64,000 nucleotides of DNA from Octopus sinensis (Eukaryota). Shown here one piece after another: positions 1-12,904 of this stretch; position 1 is the first letter of the stretch; each line of letters starts with the position of its first letter. The stretch is from NCBI RefSeq assembly GCF_006345805.1, contig NW_021833026.1, positions 496,001-560,000 on the forward strand, given 5' to 3'. A program made the position numbers and the translations under genes. A model generated the notes under the pieces. It did not search any database. It was not told the DNA's origin and saw nothing but the letters and a program-made list of their open reading frames with translations.

Positions 1-401
1 TCTAGACGGAGGAGTTCACTCACATTCGGGTCCCCGGAGTCCTCGATTGGTGGTTCTTCTCTCCTTTCTGGGTTGTCCGAATAGTCTAGAATGAATGAGG
101 AGGTAATTAGTGCTGTCAGCAGGCTACAATCGTTAAATAGGACTCGTAATGGGGCCATTGATTAGTAGTAATTACCAATATTTTGTTTTATTTCAACGAA
201 TAGTTCGAACAGATATGGCTTGTATGGGTGTCTGGAGAGTGAGTCATAGCTAAATGTGTGATTTGGGATAATAAACCGAGTCTGTCTCTCGTTGTCGCTC
301 AATCCTGTGGGGAGGGAGGAGAGAATAAGCTTAATTAGATCATTAAATGTGTTGAATTCGGGGTATTGGAGGTTGTGCTGGGTGGTTCGCCCTGCATCCA
401 T
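1..401 (-). CDS. 5' part of an unknown spliced protein-coding gene running off the left edge
   Basis: ATG at 401. Removing a 33-nt GT..GAG intron (175-143) joins ..KQNI to VLFNDCSLLTALITSSFILDYSDNPERREEPPIEDSGDPNVSELLRL, open to the window edge. No family recognised. Confidence 0.5.
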
Positions 402-1381
402 TGATTAACAACTTTAAAATTGTTTCAAATAAATTTTATTTATATTAATTAATATAACAATTTAAATATTACGATAAAAATAATTTTTATACAAATATTA
501 AATGCAAAAAAAGTTGCTTGTAAATGTAATCCAATTACAGTCACTCAATTCAGACTTTTAAATTAAAAATAAATGTATCATAAAATAAGATTAAAAATAA
601 AAAATCAATAATATTCCACAGCTGGAGTCTATAACCAGGCAACCCAATCTTGATCTCAGCAGGGTATATTTTATGAATGCAAAATACGGGCTACTTACAG
701 GCTATCGAAACAATGATAGTCGAGAGAGCGGTCTTTTTAGTCTACAGTTCCAGACATATTAAATGGATCATTGACTTGATTACTTGTTTTTTAACAAAAT
801 AAAAAACGTGGAAATTCAAGTTTTAAATTGTTTAAACAGTCAGTACTTCACAGACAAGGAAAATGTGGTTTTTTAAATCACACTAAACGAGATCTCCTGA
901 AAGATTTGCGTGGACTATTTTCCAATTTTGGATCTATGAATGCACTCTTGATATCTCATTTACAGCAATAAAACTCCCCAGATTCTTGTTTAATACTTGC
1001 TTAAGTAATCTACTCATATTGCTATGACGTTTAACATTTTATTACGACAGCTCTAAACTAGAGATCGAAAGATAATTTTAATATCTAGATTTTTGAAGAA
1101 AGTTATGACACTAACTTATGTTTACTCGTCAATTCAGGATATCTGGACAATCCCTTTTTAAAAACCAATTCTCAAACCAAATAAACCGCACATCGACCCA
1201 CGTTTTTACTGGCATGTCTTTATTCTTTGTATATTTTCAAGGCCTCGAATCATCAACTCTGTACTGACACTGAAATAGCTGCGAAATTATAGAATTGTAT
1301 TTATTATATATTAAATAGCACATAAATGAACTTTTTGGAAATAACCATGAGTTTAAAAACAAATAGTATTTAAAAACGTAA

Positions 1382-2447
1382 ATGTTCTCGTTACGTCACG
1401 TGGGTACTCAATTTACAGCCAGTAGACGCACATTCATTGGTTTAAATTATTTAAATAAAATGTCAGATTCTGTAAAGTCAGGATTATGTTCTCCTTGGCA
1501 CGATGTCCCGCTTTATTCGAACGTGTCTACCCCACGTGTCGTGAATATGGTGGTGGAAATCCCCAGATGGACAAATGCAAAAATGGAGGTCAAACCTATC
1601 TCTACTCAATGAAATAGATCGACAAGTCGAGTCCACTAAATCCAATCAAACAAGACACAAAAAACGGGAAATTACGTTTTGTACATAACATTTTTCCCTA
1701 TCATGGATATATCTGGAATTACGGAGCCATTCCTCAAACTTGGGACGACCCGAACGTGTCTCACCCCGACACTGGTTGTGTGGGGGACAACGATCCAGTC
1801 GACATTTGCGAGATTGGAGCACGAGTATTGCCTAACCTCATTTCGAGGTCTTGGAATCGGGACAAGTTTGTTCAGTCAAGGTGTTAGGAGTGCTGTGTCT
1901 GCTTGACCAAGGGGAGACCGACTGGAAGGTTATTGGAATTTGTACTGATGACCCTCTTGCCTCACAGTTGAACGGTTTTTTGTATTTTCTTAAATATTTT
2001 TGGGCAGATATTGACGACGTGGAGACGCTCATGCCGGGATTTCTTTCGGTGTTTTGTTTTTCGAGAGTTTTAGGCCACGAGAAATTGGTTTAGAGACTAC
2101 AAGAAGCCCGACAACAAGCCTGCTAATAAATTTGGACTGAACGGGGAGTTTCGAGGATATGTTTGTTTTGAGTGTTTTATGGTAGGAATATGCCTTGAGG
2201 ATTATTGATGAATCGCACGAATCGTGGAGAAATTTGATGGCCAGTCCTTCCATACAAGGCGACATCTCGTTGGTCAATGCCACGTTGGGCAATTCTTACA
2301 CTCTCGCGGATGTAAAACAATTTTCTGAGACGGTATTTGACTTTTGGCATTGTAGGAAAACGGGCCTACATCTACGACTGAGCGGGCCGAATGTGGTTAG
2401 GATGTGGTGTTATTTTAGGTGATACCAAGTGGTATTTTGTGGATTAG
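1382..2447 (+). CDS. PPA1: Soluble inorganic pyrophosphatase (family I), multi-exon
   Basis: Spliced translation gives [93 protein letters not shown] and ends [11 protein letters not shown]. Introns are 23-33 nt. Confidence 0.96.
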
Positions 2448-3023
2448 TTACTATGGCTATTAATTCATTTAATTTTTGCTAATTTTTCTTCTCATGTTCT
2501 AATTCTATGATTTTTTGGGTTGCTATGATTTGTTTTCAAATAGTTTTGTCGCTATAAAAATTGCACTTCAGTTAAAAATAGAATATAAATATTTAATATA
2601 TTTCGAAGAGGAAAATCCAAAGCAGGCGTCACCTCAATAGATAATTTAAGTGAAAAAACTACATAAACATAACATTTTAAACAGAGACATTTTAGTCGAT
2701 GGCAGATCCTTCCAAAATCAACGATCACACATGTGCTAAGTTATTCACTGCCGCCTTGCCTTTGGAAGTTGGTGGACCCAAGACCCAACTTGATTTAACA
2801 CTTTAAGCCAGAATGAATATTATTTCTAAAGCTTTATTAAGAAAATTGTGTTGCCAATACTTGTGATTTGAATTTTTGAATATAATAATATCTTGGAGTC
2901 ATTTTGTTTAAATTTTGAAAAATTGAATTTATAATAATTTCAATATTTTTTGACGTTTATAGATTTATCCAAATTAATTAAAAGTCATTTGTCAAATATA
3001 AAAGTTCATGTAACTAAATTTAT

Positions 3024-3428
3024 TCATTTTTTTAATGTCCTGAGTTTTTTCTTTCCAAAAATTCTATCTACAGGCAGAGCAGATTCCACTTTAGGAATCG
3101 TTCGAATTTCTTGGTTGAATGATATGGACACAATGGTGGGATACCGTTTCTGCTTTATGGCAGAGTTCGAAGAATTGACGGATTCCATCAGTTTATTTTT
3201 CCCCAGAATTTGGGTCTGCATAAATTCAAGCCTTGCACTCAAATAACTATTTTTAGTTGTGTAAGTTTCCTTATTTACAGTATTTGGTCTACTGCAAAAA
3301 AGGAACAGATTTCTCGACTCCAAGAGTTTATCCCTCCATGTATCATTTTCAGTCCTTGACTTTTTGTTAAGAAATGTCATGTTGCGGTATGACTTGACAA
3401 TATAGATTATGCGGTTAAATAAGTACAA
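3024..3428 (-). CDS. Hypothetical 134-aa ORF
   Basis: Open frame in AT-rich DNA only. No motif or clear splice structure recognised. Confidence 0.25.
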   Translation of the reverse strand: MYLFNRIIYIVKSYRNMTFLNKKSRTENDTWRDKLLESRNLFLFCSRPNTVNKETYTTKNSYLSARLEFMQTQILGKNKLMESVNSSNSAIKQKRYPTIVSISFNQEIRTIPKVESALPVDRIFGKKKLRTLKK

Positions 3429-4064
3429 TTATGTTAATAAATGGAAAAATATATTATTCGATAAACTTTGATAAATTCTGAAATGTGAATTTTTTGCGCG
3501 ATAAATATTTATATTTATCGGTTTATAGGCGAATTTAATTAGGCAAATGAAAAGAGAACTATTTTAGAGTGCATTGCTACATGTTTAGTCAAAAATCAAG
3601 ATTTTGTTTCTAGAGTATTTTCAAGAAACTTTTTTTATAGATCAAGCCTAGAATATACTAGTAGGTGATAAAAATTTTGTGACTTTGAATTAGGCGAATG
3701 ATTGTTATTTTAGTGTGTTTAAACGTTGAGCAGAATTCACTAGCTTGAGATTAAACTAACAAAATAATACGATTAACTGGGGAAATCGTATATGGATTCA
3801 ATATAATATTTTTATTTATCACAGACGTATATTTATAGTCAGATAAAAGAATGGATATTAATGAAACCAACTTTCTAACAGCCCGCTGATAATTATTTCG
3901 TGGGGCAGGAGACTCGTCGTATATTTGTTCTGTCACGACTACAACGATTTGAATTTGATAATAATTAAAAAAATTCATAGCAACAAATATAATGAATAAT
4001 TGTACTTATGAAACATGAACAGTATGCGCTATGGAAACGAAAAAGCTATTCAAAAGTAAAATAT

Positions 4065-4286
4065 AGCCCCAGTGGCTGAAGACTATGGATGTTGGAATTC
4101 AAACGTCGTGGGTTCGAATCCGATAGAACCAAGTTTTCAGCCGGGGTCAAATCTTGTCAACGTTCCCCACCCATGTTGATCGGCACAAGCAATCCGTTCG
4201 TTCCTTGCTCCTTCATTTGATTAGTTAGTTGTGACTGTTTGTGCTGGGCTTGCCATGTTGTGCAAGCTTGGGGGTTATAAATAAAT
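4065..4286 (+). mobile_element. tRNA-derived SINE (about 222 bp)
   Basis: A-box-like TGGCTGAAG, B-box GGTTCGAATCC (4111-4121), non-tRNA body, (TAAA)n tail, and a perfect 13-bp target-site duplication AAAAGTAAAATAT (4052-4064 / 4287-4299). Confidence 0.82.
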
Positions 4287-4309
4287 AAAAGTAAAATATG
4301 TCGACTAAA

Positions 4310-4598
4310 TTTTTTTTTCAAAAGAAGTTTATAATTGACAAATAGTTATTAACTAACTAAATTCCCGGCCTCGTAAATGGAAACACAGTTTCCACGTACT
4401 ATAGCCAAGGAAATCCTTTCGAGAAGCCACTTGGACTCGCGTGGGTCTCCCCGTTTATGGGAGATCATGCGGCCAAGCTTTTTCAGAAAGGAAAGAGATT
4501 TTTCGCTGATGACGCCGGAAGTCTCGACGGCGATGGGAGTTGGAATTGAATTATCAATTGGAACAGAATTGGATTATCATTGCGTCTCGGAGTGGAAA
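4310..4598 (-). mobile_element. 5'-truncated CRE-clade (RLE) non-LTR retrotransposon copy
   Basis: Minus strand reads PIAVETSGVISEKSLSFLKKLGRMISHKRGDPRESKWLLERISLAIVRGNC, matching the C-terminus of the near-complete copy. A9 tail and 9-bp TSD TCGACTAAA (4301-4309 / 4599-4607). Confidence 0.88.
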
Positions 4599-5203
4599 TC
4601 GACTAAAATTATTATTTAAAAACATTAACCTGCTGTCAAGTTTAATCAATTTCAAAGCATTGGGGTATTTAATAGTCTTAAGTTAAAAATGATTTTCAAA
4701 CTGTGTTATAAACAAAATCAGATGAAAGGCAAATTGACTGAGGTCATCCAGACTGAACTAAAAAGATTAAACTCAACAGTAGGTAAACGCTTTTAAAGAT
4801 TTAGAAGAGAATAAGTAAAGCTTTTTCCGCCATAAGGTTAAAATAGGAATTACAAAAAGTGAAAAACCTTGAAAACGGACACAAAATTAAAAAACGGGTA
4901 ATTAGACAATTGCTTTTCAGTACAGTATGTTTTTACTTAACATGCATGAGCCATTTCGGATCTAAAAAAGTCTGAAATTACCTTTTGCGGAAAAAGTACA
5001 GTCTTTTTTGTTTTTTTGATTCCCCAAACTTTATGTGTAAGTAGGTTTTCATAGGCATCACATAGTCTACGGCTAAGAAAATACGTCTTTTAAGTAAAGT
5101 CTTAGTCAGCTTTCTATTTTACTTAATTCTATAAGTTTAATCACCACAATTTCAGTTATAAAGGTGTTCATTAAAATGAACCACTTTTTAAGTTGGCTTA
5201 AAG

Positions 5204-5760
5204 CAGGGGTGCGCAAGCTTTTTGGGTTTGCGGCCGCATAGCATTTATTTTTCCTTCTCTTCCACGGCCGCACATTTCCTCATTATTTTTTCGATATTAA
5301 TATAGTAATTTTTTTAATTATTAAAAGTGACCGCATAAGTTGCCCATTGTCATCGAGACCGAATGAATTCTTGGACAGGAAATGCTCTCGTTCATCAGGG
5401 ACATCATATTATTGAAATAAATAATTATTTCATGGACAAAAGATAAGAAAGAAGGAAAGTTAATTAAAAGAAATGTATTATACAAGTTATTCTAATGACG
5501 GCCAGGATCTTTGGTATTTTTTGCGAGCCTATTGAAATGCACTGGTAGGGTAGATATCATTATGCGCAAACATAACTCTAAGTTTGCATCCGTTATCCGA
5601 GATCTATATTGACTTTTTAAATATTTCATTTTGGAAAATGTAGACTCACATAAATATGTGCTTCCGAATGGCGCATTCAATTTGAAATTCCAATTTGAAA
5701 TTTCAGGCGCCTGAATACTCATAAACTCGTTTCATCTGCAAAAATCAATTTGTCAAACTT
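5204..5760 (-). mobile_element. hAT (Charlie/SPIN-like) transposon remnant: one terminus plus transposase C-terminus
   Basis: CAGGGGTGCGCAA terminus at 5204 and the hAT dimerisation motif PFGSTYLCESTFSKMKYLKSQYRSRITDANLELCLRI (5492-5722). The other end was not found. Confidence 0.78.
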
Positions 5761-5954
5761 CAAGTTTGAACTTACGAAAGTCAATTTTGCATATAAGAAA
5801 TTTTGCGTAAAAATACATCGAAAATTGTGTGATGACCGAAAATTGTTTGATGATTTAAGCTAAAAATTCCTCGAGGTTTTTAGTTATATTGAGATGCATT
5901 TGAATGCAGGTTTTTTTAATTTTAAATCAAAATTTTTCAATTTATTTATTTCTT

Positions 5955-6140
5955 CTATTCGCGGTTGAGACTTCCGGTTCTTTGGGCAGTAAGGAAATCA
6001 GCTTCGTTCAGGAAATCGGGTCCCACATGTCTGCTATCACAGGCGACGCGCGCGAATCAAGATGGTTTTTCGAGCGGATATCCCTTGCGATAGTACGCTC
6101 TAATTCTTTCTCGATCGCGTCGGCTTCCCGTCCATGAAGC
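5955..6140 (+). mobile_element. CRE-clade 3' fragment
   Basis: AVETSGSLGSKEISFVQEIGSHMSAITGDARESRWFFERISLAIVRSNSFSI, the same C-terminal motif as other copies. Confidence 0.78.
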
Positions 6141-6289
6141 TTTCGAACACTTGACCGAATTCTTTTTTTCGTAATAAACTAATTCAGTTTTTGTTAGTTT
6201 ATTTTTATAATACTTAGTTTTTATTATTACTTATTTTTGGTGTTTAAAATAAAATATTTAATTTTCATATGCAATCATATATTCGACCG

Positions 6290-7576
6290 ATGACACATTT
6301 ATTTCTATTTTTCGCATTTGTGATTAGTGAAAACAGTACTTTCAAATTCGTTAGCATTGTAACTCTATAAGATCTAACAATTTTAAAAGGTATATCGACA
6401 TGGGGCTCGCAGTCCCGCCTATTATTTCCCTACAAATGTACATAAACATCACTGGACAAACGGCGTGTATCAGCTAACACAAGTTTAATATTTCTTTGGA
6501 TGTATAATCAATTTTAGAGGGGTGTTGAAATGCAGTATAATCTGGGTCAATACCTAAGAAGTCGATATTCATTTTTTGAAAGATATTTTAAAAAAGACAT
6601 AGAGATCCTATCATCTGACAGTGATCGGGCAATAAGCAGTGCAATGGCCACTCTGGAAGGCCTTTTTCCTACTCCTAAAACTGATATCATGGATTTTAAA
6701 ACCCCGTGGAGTCCAATTCCAGTCCGCACAATTCCGTCTAGCTTGGATTATGTAATGGATTTGTATATTTTAGATTATTAGTTTCGAAGCCTACTGTCCT
6801 GCATATAAAGCTATGTTAAAAAATCTTGACCCAGATTTGAACAAATTATATAATGAATACAACGTAATGTTCAATATATATTAAAAAGGATTTCCGAATT
6901 CAACTTTCAACATTGACGGGATTTAAAAATTTTACTTTAGTTCATTTCCTTCAGACTTACGATAATCTTATATGCGATGTAATTTTGATTTTTAAAATTG
7001 GGTAGAAAGCTGAAAATCTTACACTTCCGGGTTGGTGTTCTGAGTGTGTGATGAACAAGATGGAAAATCTTACGAATAGGATTTGCAGACTTGTTTATAG
7101 TAATAGATCAATGATCAGGCTGAAAGGAGGTCAGAATTTTAAATATTCATTTCAAGGAGAACTTTGGAAGACAATAATCGAGTCAATGGAAAGAATTATT
7201 CACAACAATGAGACTAGGCCACAGAAGGCAATGATGTATTCTGGTGTATGTTATTCAAATAATTCACATTAGCATGATTCCACCTTATGGGCTCTTTTGG
7301 GATCGATAAATGTCTTGGAGATTGTTCAAACCAATTTTGCATCTTGTCTCCTTGTCGAGTTACATTCTATGAACGGACAGTGGTACGTAAAGCTTATTTT
7401 TCGACAGAACGAGTCCGACATAAAGATAATCAAATTGCCTGGTTTTGAGTTTTTCATATTTTACAAATTTTAAAGGTTGTGAAGAAATGTGCAGATTGAG
7501 CCAATTTAAGAATTTTCTTAGTGACGTTATCCCGGAAAATATCGGCGAGGAATGTAGAGATGTATCTACGAATTAA
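6290..7576 (+). CDS. Secreted histidine acid phosphatase (lysosomal/prostatic type), multi-exon
   Basis: Hydrophobic signal MTHLFLFFAFVIS, catalytic RHGARSP, SSDSDRAISSA, PIPVRT, YSG|HDST acid motif across an intron. Ends EECRDVSTN-TAA with no C-terminal TM segment. Confidence 0.92.
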
Positions 7577-7849
7577 TTATTAATATAACTCTAACATTAC
7601 TTACACTTTGTCATTTCCGAGATTTCGATATTCTTTGTTGCTTGTCTTTACGAGTTTGATTGTGAACGATTTTTGTTTGTTATATAAAAATGTTTAGGAA
7701 AATTACAGTCAATTAAAAAAACAGGGATATACGTGGTTGGAACCGTGTTTCACAATTTCATAAATTACCAATGATGAAACAAATAAAATTATAAGGACTG
7801 TATTAAAATATTCTAACCCGTAAGAAGATCGTACTTAAACATTTTTTCC

Positions 7850-7990
7850 CTTCCTACTGTGGTCAAATGATCAAGGCATGTGAAATAAATTCTTTGAGCC
7901 TGGAATAAATTCTTTGCATTTAAACGAGTTTTACATCACATTGCTGCTTGCTTCTGCTCTCCTTCTATTATTTGTATTTTGGTTAAAAGC
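7850..7990 (-). mobile_element. Small R4/Dong-like RT relic
   Basis: CAGCAATGTGATGTAAAACTCGTTTAAATGCAAAGAATTTATT encodes a (C)KTRLNAKNLF-type motif similar to 42025-42075. Confidence 0.4.
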
Positions 7991-8199
7991 GTCTTATCTG
8001 AGGACTGGTATTTTGCTAAACGAGTTTTTAGGGTGATGTCATGCCTATTCGGCAATAAGTGTTTTCTTTTTGGGTAAAACTACTAATTTTCTAAAAATAA
8101 AACACACACAGATTTGCGCGTTTATTTATACTTTTATTGTGATGGTTATTAGCTACAAAACAAAATTAAGGATTGCTAAATTGACATTGAAAAAGAGAT

Positions 8200-8470
8200 T
8201 ATTTGAAAGACATAATCAAAAAATACAAGACTAGTAATGGCATGACTTTGCGAATATAAAAACGATTGTATCTTTTCTTGAACAATGACCTATAAACATG
8301 AATGAAAATTCAATGCTTTATTATGAAAAATTTAAACTTGGAACTAAGAAAGGATACGGTCCGAATATCCAGTCCTTCATAAAGAAAATCGCTTTATATG
8401 TGGATTCAAATATTGGTTTTAACACTTTCGAGATTTCAAATGGCTGGCTTGAAAAATTTTAAAAGCGATA
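8200..8470 (+). mobile_element. pogo/Tigger transposase relic (CENP-B-type HTH)
   Basis: IKKIALYVDSNIGFNTFEISNGWLEKF*KRY matches the Tc5 HTH motif F.ASNGWLEKFKKR. Confidence 0.62.
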
Positions 8471-8489
8471 CGACCAGAACTTTAAATAA

Positions 8490-8899
8490 ATTGGAGCTTG
8501 AGATAGACAGGAAGCCTAGATCGGACTCGCGTAATTTATTACGTGGCGGATGTATTGTTTGTAGGGTTGTTTGAGGAATGATTTCTAGGCACTAATGATA
8601 AGACCACTTATTGTTTTTAGAATGTTTGTACGGCTGTTTTCCTTGTCCGAAGTGTATGAAACATGTTTGTTGAAAGACATAATTGGGTCAAAGATTAGTC
8701 CTGGAAAAGTGAGGTGTTTCATTAGCAGAAAGTCAGAAGCAAAGAGAGATAACTTGGGATGTAGTTTGATTCTCTTTTGTAGGAAGATAATAAGGTGACC
8801 GATGACTTGGAAGACAAAGCCACGTAGCTGTTGGTGACTCACATCGACAAACAAAATACAACATTTCAAAACGAAAGTGTCACAGAAAAAGGGTGACAC
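8490..8899 (-). mobile_element. LINE ORF2 C-terminal fragment
   Basis: LTFPGLIFDPIMSFNKHVSYTSDKENSRTNILKTISG followed by a degenerate INYASP motif. Confidence 0.7.
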
Positions 8900-9025
8900 A
8901 AGCCCTTCTTTTCATACAAAATGGAAATAATGATCTGTTAAAAACAGCTGAAAAATTACTCTGTTTATTTATATTTTTCTAAATGAGGATTTTTTCAAAT
9001 AAAAAAATAATTTCAAGCATTATAT

Positions 9026-9814
9026 ATGTCTGGTTTGTTGGGTCCCTATAAATATCGTTTGGATGGACGACTTGGTGAGGATATTAGGACTATTAATTAC
9101 CAATTCAATGTCTGTCGACAAGCCGATGGGTCTGTTTGTTGGGAACAAGGAAATACATCCATACTAGCATCTGTCTATGGTCCACACGAAGTCGACGACC
9201 ATCATCGTCCTGACCCAGAACGGGCTATAATAAATTGCAGTTTCAGTCAGTCCTCATTTACTGCCACAGAATGGAGGAAACACCTTTCAGGAGGAAGAAA
9301 GGTTCAAGAGATAGAGACAATGATCAAAAAAGCTTTTAATAGTTCAATCCAACTGGAGCTTCATCCCAGGTCACAGATCGACATTTTTCTTGAGGTATGA
9401 TCAGTCCCTTATTATGGAGGTATTGCAATCTGATGGGAGTATTCTCAGTGCCTGTTTCAACGCGACCACTCTTGCATTGATTGATGCTGGAATACCACTG
9501 GTTGATTTTATATGTGCCTCTTCTGCTGCAATTTTGACGAAATCTGTTGTTGTTGACCTTTCCTCTCTTGAGGACATTCAGTCGGTTCCGCAGGTTTTTG
9601 GTGTTTCTTTTATTTTTAGATGACTTTGGCTATTTTGCCGAAAAGTGGTCAGTTAGTTCAAATGAGTGTTTCTGGCCGTATTCACCAGCAGGAACTGTCT
9701 AGTATTATGGATGCTGCTACTTCTGGATGTCAGCAGATTTATATGCAAATGCAGGGTCTTTTGAGGGACCATTTGTCAGCTCTTTCACTATCAATGTATC
9801 ATCGATTACTTTGA
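9026..9814 (+). CDS. EXOSC4: Exosome complex RNase PH-like subunit RRP41, 2 introns
   Basis: RLDGR, ADGSVCWEQGNTSILASVYGPHE, PRSQIDIFLE|VLQSDGS, ATTLALIDAGIP. Introns of 25 and 26 nt; TGA stop. Confidence 0.96.
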
Positions 9815-10430
9815 ATGTCTAATAAATTTATTTTTTTATCACAAAACTAAATAAGACTAGTAAATAATTAATAAGACGTCGCAGGCCAATGAATTACTCG
9901 TAATTGAATTGCAGGATTGAAACTGTTTGGAACAGCTCGTAGGTCTCACGACGGTCATGGAATCTTGTAAAGTTACATGGTCCGGTTTTAGAAAGAAGAG
10001 GGTCAGGATTCTTACTTATGATTCCACTGATTTTAAATGGAGGGGACAGAGGAGAGTAACTTCGGGGAGCATCTGTCAAAATAAAGTATTTTATTCTAGC
10101 TTTAAACTATAGATTCTGGCCCAAGCTTTTTTCTGGATTAATTTAAGTAAGTGAATTTAATTCATAAATTTTTGAGACCTTGGCTTAGATTTTTTAATTT
10201 TTTTATTTTCCTTCAAAGTACAAAAACAGAATTATGACCAAATAAATCAAAATCAGAATTTCATGACTTTTGTATGTTCCAATAATCACAAATGCTTAGC
10301 GTTCAATAATCACAATGTTAATAAATGACTTTCTCTCAGCGTGTTGCTAAGCAAAGCAATAAAATAGTTAAAATAACAAAATTATAAGTCGACTACTTCG
10401 TTATCGTGCCTGAGCTTTATTAGATTGAAG

Positions 10431-12736
10431 ATGGATCCAGATCTTCACATTTATTTGTGGCCGAAATGTCTTTGGAAAATATATGAAAGAACTGGACTTG
10501 CTGAATTTATTCCTGGACTGATATCTCTTGGATTTATTAGGTTTCAAATAAATACGACATCCATTCAGAGTACAGCGTCAACTCAGCTTAGAAAGCATAA
10601 GAGTCTCAATAAGTGAACAACTGGGCTCAGATTTCCCAGAAAACTATCAATTTTTGAAACAAGTTGGTAGAAAAGTTGCCATAGTACTCGTTATTTTTAC
10701 CTACCTGACTTTATTAGGTCAGAAAAATACAAGAAAAAACAATTTATGCAAAAGATTTTCTTCCTCCGGTTGCAGCTTCCCCTGATTTGTTTGTAATCGA
10801 GACCGAGACTGTTGAAATGAGCTCGGTGTACTTTAATTCGTCGAGAAATGTTGAGAAATAAGTATTCATAATAGGCAATCTCTCGTGAAAAAGGGAGTTC
10901 TTTTAATGAGGAATTGCCATTTCAAAAAGTTGTCGATAAAATTCCTCAGATCGGACAGAATCAAACCATTTCAGATAGGCAGTTTCACAAAAATCATATG
11001 ATTGCACAAAATACAACAGAAATCGCATTTCCGGATATAAACATATCAAAAAGAAAAGATTTTCATGACGAGAGATCGATTAATAAAGGACTCATAGATA
11101 TGTAAGAAAGTAAATAAGTAAATGCAGAAAAAACATTGAAAATAAAAATAAATTTATTTTGGATTCTTTGAAAGAAAAAACCAAAGAGTCGGCGGACAAA
11201 TCAGATGCAAGTGAAAGGTTTGCAATTCAATATAATTTCCAGAAAGACGACGATATATAGTAAAAAGAAAAGAAAAAAGAGTTTTCGAAAAAACAAAGAA
11301 ACTGGCCGAAAAGTTTATTTTTATTAAAAATGTAATTTCACAGAGCAAAATTAGAAAATTAAGTAGAAATAATTCGGTTAATACAAATTACCAAGAAAGT
11401 ATAAAGGTGAAATAAATTATTTTATGGAAACAAGAGTTTGGAAGACCATGATGATATCCTTATAGTTCAGACTGGAAAAAAATATACAAAGAGATTTTCC
11501 CGAAGTGGTTCTAAGGAGAATCAGACGCTTTTACCGATAATTAAGTACAAAAACGAGAGCATCCCCAAAAAAGAAAGAAAAGTAATAAAAAAATTGATTA
11601 ACATAGAAATCAATTCCTAAACTAGAAACCACTTCTATTCTTGACAGTCAATTTGATACTCTAAATGAATTTCAGAGGTCCTCTAGCGAATACTATGTGG
11701 AAATAAATGATATTGTAAAGGATATGTCGGAGGAAAATTGTCCTTCTGAGAGTAGAAAAGAATCTCGAGAAAAACAAGAAATAGTCAATAAATTTTCAGC
11801 AAATACTACAGAATCGAGCGAGTGAGGAGTAAATTATATCATAACCACAAGGGAAGAGCAAGAAAGGTCACACAACGAGTTTTCTCATTCGCAAAAAAGT
11901 GTTCTTTGTCCTCCCATTCAAAAGAAGCTTTCGATTGAAGAAAGGCTCCAAATAAATCACCAATTAGAACAAATCAAGCAATTAGAAAAAGAGATGGATA
12001 AAGCAGAACATGAAATCTTGAATCCTTCTTATGGGATGATTTCGAATGATTCAATCACTGAACACAGTAGAGATGAAGAAAACATTTCCCAAAAACGGAG
12101 TCCAAGTGGAATTCGGAAGGAACGTGAGATGCAAGAAACATTAAAAGTACTTGAAGGAGAAGTGAAGAAAGGATACAGCGAAAAAAACTATTTAACTCGA
12201 CAGCTTGAAAGTCTGGAAAAAAAAGTAACATAAAAATTGATAAAAATTAAGGAAAGAAATTATGAGTGGAAATTCAAATATATGAAAGAAAAAAAGCTGA
12301 CTGGTGAATTAGAAACAGAACTTAAAAAACTTGAACAAAATTTAAATAATATTTATCATCAAAGAACGCGACATATTCCATCCAAAGAGAAAGTCATTCC
12401 TATAAACAAATCTGTCAAGCCTAGCAGCACTGTTTAGATTTTTTGGTAAAACACAGGCAAATATGTTAATCATGAAAAGTCGCCTTGATCAGGAAATAGA
12501 TAAATTACGAGTAAAAGAAGAATTACTTAAAACAAAACTGTTCGTTGAAATAAAAGTATTTTATAGTTTGTAACTAACAGATAAAAAATGAGGAAAAAGA
12601 AAAGGCTGACACGAGTAGAAAAGTCCTCAGGAATTATCGTAACGAAATAAACGACCATCGAAATAGATATTTAAAAATTTTGACCAATAGCAAAGCTGGC
12701 GATAAAAATGACTTTATTTGCCCGAAAATTGGTTGA
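10431..12736 (+). CDS. SPATA1: SPATA1-like protein (N-terminal conserved domain, low-complexity middle, C-terminal coiled coil), multi-exon
   Basis: Spliced N-terminus DLHIYLWP..LISLGFIR|VQRQLSLESIRVSISEQLGSDFPENYQFLKQVGRKVAI|VRKIQEKTIYAKDFLPP and C-terminal WKFKYMKEKKLTGELE..LKTKLFVEIK resemble SPATA1 as I recall it. Middle exons were not fully resolved. Confidence 0.68.
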
Positions 12737-12904
12737 AATAAACTAAAATAAAAATTGATATTAATCACTTTTATAAATAATTGTTTGTACACGCAATTTG
12801 TTAAATGGCTAACTAAATAAAGTTAAAGTATAAGACATTACTATTATTAGAAAATTGGTTTCACAAGAATCAATAGTTTCGATTATAATTTTTCTTTTTG
12901 CATT

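Noticed and set aside
4065-4140. Functional tRNA gene
   Set aside because: No complete cloverleaf or acceptor stem; followed by an unrelated body, A-rich tail and TSD, so called a SINE.
9894-10112. Overlapping 61-aa ORFs downstream of EXOSC4
   Set aside because: Short, no splice support, and only a vague resemblance to an RT fragment.
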